A stretch of 64,000 bases of DNA from Candidatus Krumholzibacteriia bacterium. GTDB taxonomy: Bacteria; Krumholzibacteriota; Krumholzibacteriia; Krumholzibacteriales; Krumholzibacteriaceae. The stretch is from positions 2,080,001-2,144,000 of the forward strand of contig CAWIIQ010000001.1 in the NCBI GenBank assembly GCA_963836185.1. The letters run 5' to 3'. Below, in pieces: positions 53,000 to 62,065 of the stretch (within the stretch, counting starts at the first letter, position 1; every line of letters starts with the position of its first letter). Position numbers and translations under genes: made by a program. The notes beneath the pieces are model-generated. The model had not been told where the DNA came from. It saw only the letters and a list, made by a program, of their open reading frames with translations, and ran no database searches.

Positions 53000-54519
53000 T
53001 CACTCTCCCCCGCCGGATCAAGCCTGTAGAGTGTGTACGTCACGGGTTCCGGCTTGCGGATCCCGAGATTCGAGACGACCCCCTGCTTCAGGGCGGTAAA
53101 CCGGACGCCCCGGATCACCTTTTTATCAAAGCGGGCGGGGACACGGTGCCGGTCGATGAGATAATCGGCCCCCAGATCTAGATACAGCCCCTCGTCTATG
53201 ATCCTCTCGACATCGATCTTTCTGCGCATATCGTTTATCTCGGGAGTCACCAGGCCGCCCAGGTCGAGGACCTCTCTTCCGGAGAAATATCCTACCGCAC
53301 CGATATCAGGGGACGCGACGACCGATCCCTGCGGTGAATTTTCCGACAGCCATCTCCCCATCGGTACGATCACCTCGTGGAGCCCCCGGGAGAACTCTCT
53401 CGTCGGACGCACCGCCACTGTGAAGTAGAAGACCAGGCCCTGGATCATCGCCGCTCCGGCCATAACGACGATCACGCCCCGCACCGTCCCGGGGCCCCTG
53501 CCGCGAAGCAGCCTCGCCGCTCCGGCGAATCCCACCGCTATCACCGCTGGAAAGACCGGCAGGAGGTATCTCGAGAGGACGTGGAAATCGAATATCACAT
53601 AGACTGCCGGCAGAAGATATACCCACAGAAGAAGGAGAAGCGCCCCGCCTCGTGACACTCCGCTCCTTACATTGAAAAGGGACCTGTCGCGGAACAGGCC
53701 CGCGGCAGTGAAGATCGCCGCCGCCGCCGCGGGGATCAGGAGAGTAGCTCCGATCACCTTCAGGGGAACAAGAGCCGACACCAGCATGCTCCTGCCGAAG
53801 ACGGGCCGCCCCTGCTTGGCTCCGGCTGTCAATGGAAGGAACGTGCCTGTATGTGAATGTACCAGGAAGAGCCAGACGGCCATCAGTACCGCAAAGACGG
53901 CAAGCCAGAGAAATCGCCTTCCGAAAGGGGTCGATCTCCCGGTAACGGCGAATGTGACGAAGGCCGCTGGCACCATCAGCCCCGCCTCCGGCCTGGCAAG
54001 GCAGGCGAGAAACAGAAACAGACCGAACATGGCGCTCCTTGCGGCGGAGCGGGTCGCGCCGAGAGCAGCGAAGAGACATATAAGAACGGCAAGCATCGCG
54101 AAAGAGGATTCCATGCCGGTCGCGCTCCACCTCAGCAGCCACGCTTCGCAGGCCAGAACCACCGCCGCCGCGCCGGCGACAAGCCTTCTCCCATCGAGTC
54201 TCAACACAAGGAAATAGATCATCACTATCGAAAGCGCTCCAGCGGCCCATGACATCGCGCGGATCCAGACCGCGAGATCGCCGCCGGCAAGATAAACGAG
54301 AGCCAGCATTCCGACCCAGAGGGGACTGGTGGCGCCATACGACGGATCGCCCCTGTTGAACGAAAGCTCTCCCGCCTCGGCAAGATTACGCGCGTACTGC
54401 ATGTGGATATATGTGTCGTCTGTCATCGAACCTGCGACAGGGATTCCCGCCGCGGCGAAAAGAGCGATGCACACGGCGATCGTCACGATATCGATCCTCG
54501 TCACTTGATCTGCCGTCAT
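52996..54519 (-). CDS. GT-C-fold polytopic membrane glycosyltransferase (putative)
   Basis: 'DDTYIHMQYARN...G.TSPLW', GME, RPE, RYLLP, DIGA..Y, DLGGL motifs; about 11 TM helices. Confidence 0.75.
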   Translation of the reverse strand: MTADQVTRIDIVTIAVCIALFAAAGIPVAGSMTDDTYIHMQYARNLAEAGELSFNRGDPSYGATSPLWVGMLALVYLAGGDLAVWIRAMSWAAGALSIVMIYFLVLRLDGRRLVAGAAAVVLACEAWLLRWSATGMESSFAMLAVLICLFAALGATRSAARSAMFGLFLFLACLARPEAGLMVPAAFVTFAVTGRSTPFGRRFLWLAVFAVLMAVWLFLVHSHTGTFLPLTAGAKQGRPVFGRSMLVSALVPLKVIGATLLIPAAAAAIFTAAGLFRDRSLFNVRSGVSRGGALLLLLWVYLLPAVYVIFDFHVLSRYLLPVFPAVIAVGFAGAARLLRGRGPGTVRGVIVVMAGAAMIQGLVFYFTVAVRPTREFSRGLHEVIVPMGRWLSENSPQGSVVASPDIGAVGYFSGREVLDLGGLVTPEINDMRRKIDVERIIDEGLYLDLGADYLIDRHRVPARFDKKVIRGVRFTALKQGVVSNLGIRKPEPVTYTLYRLDPAGESE

Positions 54520-55819
54520 ACCTCTTCCTTTCCGCCCGCCAGCAGTCCGAGTTCACGGGACAGGCTCTCCGCGGCGGCTCTTCTCGAGAACTCCGGCCTC
54601 GGCGAGAGATCATAAGCTTCGTCAAGCTTCCCGCTGGAATACGCGGAGTACATCCTCTCGAGAGCTGCCGCCACCCCTTTCGCATCGTCCGGCCGGACCG
54701 TCTCGCCTCTCTGAAGCGAAGTGACTGACATCGGCGGCCTCTCCCTGTGGCGCGAGAGCAAGGACGGTCTTCGCGCGCCGATATATTCGTACAGCTTTCC
54801 CGGCACAAGCCCGTTGTATTTTTTATCGTCATGCTTGATGAGCAGAAGAACGTGGCTCTTTCGCTCCCTCTCGACGCATGCCGCATGAGGCATGTTGTCC
54901 TCGAAGGTCACTGCCCCTTCAAGACCGGTACCGCCAAACTCCTCGTTGACCGATTCCCTTGCTCCGATGAAGGTCACCTTCACATTTCCTCTCGCCCCGG
55001 GAACCGATTCGAAGAACCTTGACATGCCATCGAGGAATACGCGCGATCTGCGGCCGAGTGTCAGCATCCCGCAGTGCGTGATCCGCATGGGACCACCGGA
55101 AGGCCCCTCCTGCTCTCCCGCGAAATCCTCCTCATCGTACCCGTTCGGTATACGTACCGTGTTGCATGAAGGTATCTTTCGCGCCAGTTCATCCATCTGC
55201 CAGCGCGTCGTAACTGCGACCGCGCCGGCCCCGAGCGCCACTCGGCGTTCCATACCTTCGAGGATCGACCTGTGCAGCGGGCGAGACGGGATCGCGGAGA
55301 TAAAGAGATATCCACGGGTCCCTGAAATCCGCGAGCCACGGGATTCCGAATCTCGACGAGATCTTCATGCGCAGCCAGCTGCGTGCTGTCCGGAGGGCTT
55401 GTCGAATAGAGTGCGTCGAACATCTCCTCGCGGCAGAGCCGCGAGGCTGTCCTTACCGCGAAGGGCCGCCACCCGATATACGTGTCGGGCAGAAGAAAGA
55501 ACTCTCCCGCTTTCCTCATCGCCTCAAATCCTCCTGATGACCTGGCTCCGGCCGGCTGACCCGCGCGGCCGCCCTTCAAGCCCCGAGGATCCTGCCCGCC
55601 GATAGCGAACCGGTCCTTATGACACGTACATCCTCGGGGATCTGCTCGCTCGAGCGAGGGATCGCTGATCCAGAACTCGCCCGGCTTCGGAGTGACTACC
55701 GTTATATCCCAGCCCATCCTCGAGAGGTACTTGACGAACGACAGCGGCCGATAGACTCCTCCGCCCCCCGCGGGGGGAAAGAAATTGATAAGCATCAGAA
55801 GCTTCCGGGAAGGCATCAT
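54516..55819 (-). CDS. GT4-family glycosyltransferase, frameshifted
   Basis: FPPAGGGGVYR, STSPP, DFRDPW (in a shifted frame), IPNGYDEED, PGKLYEYI. Confidence 0.85.
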
Positions 55820-57364
55820 CTCTCCATTGAAAGCACCCAGCGGACCAGGCCCGAACCGGGCCTGCCCTGAAGCATCTCGACCAGCGTCCGTGATTCTTCA
55901 GGATCGAACAGGGACAGTCTTCTCACCGCCAGCCGCAGCAGGAAAGGGGCAAGCAGGATACATGCCGCGGCGGCGGGAAGATCCCACGCGGCGCAAGCCG
56001 CGGCTCCGGCTCCCGCGAAAAGCAGCGAAGCGGCCATTGCCCTCAGCATCGCCGAACCTCGCCGTACGGGGATAGAGCCCCTCCTTTTTCGCGAGGAGGA
56101 CCGCGGCAGGTGCACTGGACAGTCGACGCGGCCAGCTGAGCCGTGGCTGTGCCCGATCAGCCCCGCGTACGGGACGATCACGAAGAGGCCCGCGAAGTAG
56201 ACCACCATCCATGACAGATCGCAGACGACGGCCCATTTCATGTAGTGAAGCCCCTTCATAGCCGCTGTCAGAGGCGCTATGAAGGCAGCAATCGGAACGG
56301 TAGGCAGAAGCACAAGGAGAAGCCTGTAGGCGCCCGGGTAATCGGGTCCGCTGATCAGCGTGATCATGACGCCTCCTGTCGCTGCCGCGACGGCGGCTAT
56401 GGCAAGGGCAGCCATCACGCTCGCCTTTGTAAACAGCCCTATCCTTTCGGAGAGATCGTCCCATCTTCCCTCCTCATATATCCTCGTCAGCTCGGGCTGG
56501 AGTGCGATCACGGGGAAGCCGAGGAACCTCTTGATCAGCTGGTTGATCCTGGAGGCCACATGGTATATCGATATAGCCGCGACAGGGATGAGCGAGGACA
56601 TGACGAACCTGTCCACATCGGAGAATGCCAGAGCGGCATAGCTGAGCGCCAGCGCGCTGCCCCAGTAACCGGCCGGCGAAGGAAGCACTATCCCCCCGGC
56701 CGAGCTTTCCTTTTCGGCCGGGATAATTTCTTCTCAGGAGAACCAGGTATGACGGTATCCCCGCCGACCAGGCAAGCGTGTTGAACACGAACAGGGCCAT
56801 GAAGAGAAGGGTCACATCGAGCCGGTCGCGCCAGAGCAGGACAAGGGCAGTAAAAACGACCTGGAAGGCGAGCTCGAAGATCATCTGCGTCCGCATCTCC
56901 CGCAAACCGCTGAATCCCCCGTATAGAACGAGCTTCAGTCCCAGTGCGATCGACGCCAGTATCATCCATCTCAGGGTATCGCCAGGTACGGACAGGTTAT
57001 CCGGCATCAGACCCGACCATCGCGGCCCGGTAAAGAGAAGCACCGTTCCGAGAAGGATCACGACACTCGAGAAGAGAAAGAACCAGGCGGCGGCGCTCCC
57101 GCGCCTCCCCCTTCTCTGGAACGAGGGGATGTAGCGGATAAGGACCTGGGGAAGACCGACGAGGATGATCGTGGTCAGCAGGAGAGAAAACCCTCTCAGC
57201 GCGACATAAAGCCCGAAACGTTCCGAGCCGAGGTACCTGCTCAGCACCCCGAGCTGGACAAGAGTGAAGATCATCTGGAGGGCGCCGGCGACGGCGAGCG
57301 CGACAGTATTCTCCGCTATTCTCGACCGGCCCTTTTCTACCTTCTCCTCAACCACTCGAGCCAT
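55816..57364 (-). CDS. Wzx-like oligosaccharide flippase, frameshifted
   Basis: 'LSRYLGSERFGLY...GLPQVLIRYI', 'DRFVM...IYHVASR', 'LISGPDY'; many TM helices across two or three frames. Confidence 0.8.
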
Positions 57365-58305
57365 CTCCTCTTTTTTTCCAGGACAGGATAGAGATATTCC
57401 GTACCGCCCATCGATTCCTTGAAGAAGATCATGCCGGCGTCCCCGCCGCTGCTGCCGAGATTGAATGCCCGGGTGCCCCTGCCTATCGCCTCTCGAACCG
57501 CGACCATAACGAGATACGCTGCCGCGTCGTACTCATTAGCCTCAGGCGTGACCCCTGCCTGCCAGGCCTGGGCCGTGCCTCCGAAATAAAAATCGACATG
57601 CGCCGCCAGCAGAGAGTCCCCGAGGAAAGCTCCCCAGAAACAGACTCCTTCGTTCCCGCGGTGCAGCAGGCTCTCGAAAAACTCCCTGGGATAGGGATGG
57701 ACCCCTCCCCAGCCTGAAGCTCCGTTCATGTATATATCGTAGAAGAGGTCGAGGTCTCCTTCCCCTTCGAGCTTTCTTGCGACCACACCTTCCCGCTCGC
57801 ACCTGTTGCACAGCTGCCGGCGTTTCCTGTTCATCCCGGTGCTCCTGTACTGCTCGAACGAACCGGGCAGCTCGATGATCCTGCATTCCTCCATCCTGCA
57901 TACCCATCCGCGGGGCCTCCTGACTTCTCCGCTGAAGCTGATGAGATTAGTGCCTGCTCCAGCGCAGCGGGCGGAGGATGCCGCCGAGAAAAAGGCGTCG
58001 AGCAGGGCATCGCGTATATCCTCTTCAGTGGAAAGGGGATCGCCGTATGTCCCGAAAGGAAGCGAATGCATAGTAAAGGCAGGGCCCTTCGTCACTCTCA
58101 CAACGGGCATCAGCCCCGCAAGCCCTTTCTCGCCGCGGACCGTGAACCATCCACATTCATAACGCGGAAAAGATTCGGAGAGGATCTCCATCCAGGCGGG
58201 TGAATGAAAGAAAGTGGCATCCCTGAAAAGAGAGATGAATTCGAGGACTTCTTCTCGTGAAAGGTCAGTTTCGAAGCGGGTCTCCACCGGTCCTCCGTTG
58301 ATCAC
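57337..58305 (-). CDS. FemAB-like GNAT acyl/aminoacyl transferase
   Basis: ATFFHSPAW, SLPFGTYG, YPREFF, FNLG.S, FKESMG motifs; GTGA overlap with the upstream gene. Confidence 0.8.
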   Translation of the reverse strand: MINGGPVETRFETDLSREEVLEFISLFRDATFFHSPAWMEILSESFPRYECGWFTVRGEKGLAGLMPVVRVTKGPAFTMHSLPFGTYGDPLSTEEDIRDALLDAFFSAASSARCAGAGTNLISFSGEVRRPRGWVCRMEECRIIELPGSFEQYRSTGMNRKRRQLCNRCEREGVVARKLEGEGDLDLFYDIYMNGASGWGGVHPYPREFFESLLHRGNEGVCFWGAFLGDSLLAAHVDFYFGGTAQAWQAGVTPEANEYDAAAYLVMVAVREAIGRGTRAFNLGSSGGDAGMIFFKESMGGTEYLYPVLEKKRRWLEWLRRR

Positions 58306-59744
58306 GAGCTTCGTCCCGGGCATTCTCCGAAGCCGGGGATCAGCTCTGCCATCAGCCGCAGCACGTCATCCCTCTCCCCTGTCCTCGCCGCTTCGATGAG
58401 TCTGTCCACGTCGGCGCTGAAGGTGTCGCCCGTCGCCGAAGGCGATCTTGCGAGCATTATCTTCTCTCCGGGCGCCGGCGGATCGAGCGTCTCGTCCTCG
58501 CCGACAAGTACCTCATGGAGCTTCTCGCCTTCCCTGAGCCCGGTAAACTCTATCGGTATCTCTTCGTCCGGCTCGTGACCGGTCAGCATGATTATGTCCC
58601 TGGCCATCTCGAGGATATTGAGCGCCTCGCCCATATCAAGGATGTATGTCTCTCCGCCTTTTCCAGATACCGACGCCTGGATCACGAGTAGGGACGCCTC
58701 CTTGACCGTCATGAAGAATCTCGTGGCCCCCGGATGGCTGACCGTCACGGGGCCTCCCCTGCCGATCTGATCGACGAAGAGGGGGACGACGCTTCCGGTG
58801 CTTCCTATTACATTGCCGAACCGTACGGTGATGAAACTGCACCCGCTTTCCGGGTCGATCTTCCTCAGGTAGATCTCGACGAGCCGCTTTGTAGCCCCCA
58901 TCACACCTCTCGGATCCGCGGCCTTGTCGGTCGATATAAAGACAAAACGTTCCGCGCCGCTCTTTTCCACTGCCCGCGCCAGGTTGATCGTCGCCGCGAC
59001 ATTGTTCAGCACAGCCTCTTCAGGATCTCGTTCCATGTAATGAACGTGCTTGTGTGCGGCCGTGTGGTAGACAACATCGGGAGCGAGCCTGCCCATCACC
59101 TTGTCAAGCCTCTCAGCCTCTCGCATATTATTGATCACCGTGATTATCTCGAGCCCCGGATTGTCCGCCCTGATCTCCTGCTCTATGGCGAAGATCCTGT
59201 TCTCGCCCCGGCCGAGCATCATCAGCGCAGCCGGTTTGACACGGGCAAGCTGCCTGCACAGTTCACTCCCGATCGTGCCTCCCGCGCCGGTGACCAGTAT
59301 CTTCCTGCCTGAGAGTTCCCTCGCGGCAGAATCGAGATCAAAGCTGACTGTCTCCCTGCCGAGGAGGTCCTCTACCCTGACCTCCCGGATCTGGTCGATG
59401 TGGACCGTTCCGCGAATGATCTCCATGACCCCGGGAACAATCTTGTAAGCGACTCCCGCCCTGCGGCACCGCCTGATTATATCGCGCACGAACCTGCCCG
59501 GCGCAGTCGGTATCGATATGATCACTTCGTCGATACCTCGATCCGCGACGACCGATTCGAGCTCGGACGTCATGCCAAGCACCGGGGCTCCTTCGAACTC
59601 CGCACCCGCCAGGCTGGTATTGTCGTCGAGAAAACCCTCGACGGAAGCATTGATCCCGGAGGAACAGCCGATCTCCGATGCGATCATCCGGGCTGCCTCG
59701 CCGGCACCGACTATCAGGACCTTTCTGCACCTGTCGCCGATCAC
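58302..59744 (-). CDS. CapD/PglF-like nucleotide-sugar 4,6-dehydratase lacking N-terminal TM region
   Basis: GAGEAA, EDLLGR, TGAGGTIGSEL, AAHKHV, ISTDKA, MGATKR, VRFGNV, GEKLHE; GTG 59744 overlaps the upstream stop. Confidence 0.92.
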   Translation of the reverse strand: MIGDRCRKVLIVGAGEAARMIASEIGCSSGINASVEGFLDDNTSLAGAEFEGAPVLGMTSELESVVADRGIDEVIISIPTAPGRFVRDIIRRCRRAGVAYKIVPGVMEIIRGTVHIDQIREVRVEDLLGRETVSFDLDSAARELSGRKILVTGAGGTIGSELCRQLARVKPAALMMLGRGENRIFAIEQEIRADNPGLEIITVINNMREAERLDKVMGRLAPDVVYHTAAHKHVHYMERDPEEAVLNNVAATINLARAVEKSGAERFVFISTDKAADPRGVMGATKRLVEIYLRKIDPESGCSFITVRFGNVIGSTGSVVPLFVDQIGRGGPVTVSHPGATRFFMTVKEASLLVIQASVSGKGGETYILDMGEALNILEMARDIIMLTGHEPDEEIPIEFTGLREGEKLHEVLVGEDETLDPPAPGEKIMLARSPSATGDTFSADVDRLIEAARTGERDDVLRLMAELIPGFGECPGRSS

Positions 59745-62065
59745 CTGATCACCGCAACCTTTCTCATGGAAGTCCCGCCGGTTCCCTTCACATGTACTAT
59801 ATATATTCCTGACGAGGCCTGGTACCCATTGAGAGTCAGGATGTCCCACGCGACCCCGCCCTCGGTCACCCCGTCCACCTCGTGGACGAGTTCACCCTCG
59901 AGGTTGTAGACGCGGATATCGACCAGGCCGCTTATCCTCGCTATCCTCAGCTCGTTGTCCCCCCTGGAGGCATGGACCGGATTCGGGTAGAGGATCATCT
60001 CGGACATCGGCACATTCTCTTCCACCGGTTCGTTCACATCGAAGCGCGCCAGCCCGTTATCCGTCCCTATCCACAGGAACCCTCCAGACGCGTCATACGC
60101 GAGGGCCCTGCAGGAATGATCTGGAAGGGGGGTAATGACATCTTCCGCATGATATATCTGATTGAGATCCTCCTGCCATTTCAGCGCGGTCGTGTATGCC
60201 GCCGATATCGTGCCGTCCTGCTCTATCCTGTTCATCCCCTTGTTTGTAGCGACCCAGAGCCCGCCGCGCCCGTCGAATTCGATGTCGTAGACCGTCCCGC
60301 CGATCAGGCCCACCCCGTTCGCGGTGGTCTTGACCGTGAAGGAATCGATAGATCCCTGCAGGTACCTGACGAGCCCGGCCGATGTTCCCACCCATATGCT
60401 GCCGTCCTGCCCGTATTCTATCGACCACAACTCCGTGCTGGGGAGCTGGTCCTCATCGAGGATCGTGATCATGTACTGGCCGTCGGAGCTGGTAAGCGTC
60501 GCCCAGCCGAACCCGTTGGTCCGCCAGTACATCACTCCGTACCCTTTCATGGCGATATATGCCCCCTGGCCGTCGAAGGCGCAGTCGATGACATTGCCTC
60601 CCTCCATCTGGGGATAGGAACCCGGATCGACCGTATACCAGTCGTCTCCGGCCCTGCTGGCGATGTTTATTCCCCACATCCCGCTCTCGAACCCGACATC
60701 GTCCGACATGAACCACCTGTTGCCGGCAGGATCCTCGCGCGCCTTCAGGAATCTGTTTGAACTGATCGTTCCCGTACCCACCGCGTAATGCGTCCATATA
60801 TCATCGCCTGTGTCTGACGGATCCCCGACGTCGATCCTGTCGAGATCATAGTCGAGGGCATTGCACCAGAGAAAGCCCTGCGAATCGCTCAGCAGGGCGA
60901 GATTATTGAAATAGAACGAGAGCGCGTCGTCATTTCCGACGTCGCTCCTCATCTTCGTATAGGAATTCCACCTGTCGCCCGTAGTCCGGACCGAGATTCC
61001 GTACCCTCCCGTGCTCGCCCAGACATTACCGGCCGGGTCGCAGTCGACGGCCACTATCTGATTCTGCGAGAGCCCTTCAGGCTGGAAGGAGGTCCAGTCC
61101 GTTCCGTTGAAGCCGAGTATATAGATACCTCTGAAGTCTTCCTCGAAGAAGCCGCCTGTCCATGGCAGCCCATCTCCGTCGACGGCGAGCGCTCCGAGGA
61201 TATTGAGGCTCCAGCCTATCCTGAATTCCTCCCGCTGCACCGTCTTCAGCGAGGTGGTGGCCTGGGAGGCCCAGTTGGCGCCGTTCCAGAGGTATACCCT
61301 CTCGGCGGTCACGCTGTACAGCTCGCCTCCCCCCGAGGCGACGGTGACAGGATCCATACCGAGACCCGGGCCGAGCACCGGCCACGATCCGTCGCCGAGG
61401 TGAAGGACATCGGGACCGGATACGCAGTAGACCTCACCGTCATCGATGCATACCGAGAGGACCTCTCCGATGCCGTAGAATGTATAGTCGAAGGTCCCCC
61501 GGTCGTAACTCACGATCCCGTCCTCGAAGGCGACCCACAGCAGGTTGCTGGAGGGATCCCACGTCATGTCATAGACGGTCCTGCCCGCCAGACTGTCGGT
61601 AAGTACAGGTTCACTGGAGGGTGAATTGTTGAAAAATTTCGCCACTCCCCCGGTGCCGCCGTAGTAGATATCGTCCTCGACCCTGAGAATGCACATCAGG
61701 CTGTCGCTGAGTATATCGTCGAGCGCCTCCGTATATTCCTTCACGGAAAAATCACCGTCCGGATCGTCTATCCGCGCGACCCCGGCGATCCTCATCGCCG
61801 CCCAGATGCTCCCCCTGCCATCGACAGTCACCGCCGTGATATCGTTCGACCTCAGGTCGAGTCCATCGAGATAACTGGTGAAGGTCGAGTCTCCCCGGTC
61901 GAAGAGAAGGATCCCGCCCCTCGTCGCGCACCAGAGGCTGTCGCCGAGTGCCGTGACCCGGCTGACCGCGCTCGAGTTCATATATACGTTCCAGTCGCCC
62001 GGCGCCCCCTGCGCCGCCCCTCCAGCCAGAAGAGCGGCAAGGACCATGTATCGTATCGCTTTCAA
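59741..62065 (-). CDS. PorZ-like double beta-propeller protein with T9SS/FlgD-type C-terminal domain
   Basis: Signal peptide; repeated 'D..G.(I/L)W..T..G' propeller blades; C-terminal YPNP...IRVYNLEGELV...WD...NG...SSGIYIV...KVAVIR; about 775 aa. Confidence 0.75.
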   Translation of the reverse strand: MKAIRYMVLAALLAGGAAQGAPGDWNVYMNSSAVSRVTALGDSLWCATRGGILLFDRGDSTFTSYLDGLDLRSNDITAVTVDGRGSIWAAMRIAGVARIDDPDGDFSVKEYTEALDDILSDSLMCILRVEDDIYYGGTGGVAKFFNNSPSSEPVLTDSLAGRTVYDMTWDPSSNLLWVAFEDGIVSYDRGTFDYTFYGIGEVLSVCIDDGEVYCVSGPDVLHLGDGSWPVLGPGLGMDPVTVASGGGELYSVTAERVYLWNGANWASQATTSLKTVQREEFRIGWSLNILGALAVDGDGLPWTGGFFEEDFRGIYILGFNGTDWTSFQPEGLSQNQIVAVDCDPAGNVWASTGGYGISVRTTGDRWNSYTKMRSDVGNDDALSFYFNNLALLSDSQGFLWCNALDYDLDRIDVGDPSDTGDDIWTHYAVGTGTISSNRFLKAREDPAGNRWFMSDDVGFESGMWGINIASRAGDDWYTVDPGSYPQMEGGNVIDCAFDGQGAYIAMKGYGVMYWRTNGFGWATLTSSDGQYMITILDEDQLPSTELWSIEYGQDGSIWVGTSAGLVRYLQGSIDSFTVKTTANGVGLIGGTVYDIEFDGRGGLWVATNKGMNRIEQDGTISAAYTTALKWQEDLNQIYHAEDVITPLPDHSCRALAYDASGGFLWIGTDNGLARFDVNEPVEENVPMSEMILYPNPVHASRGDNELRIARISGLVDIRVYNLEGELVHEVDGVTEGGVAWDILTLNGYQASSGIYIVHVKGTGGTSMRKVAVIR

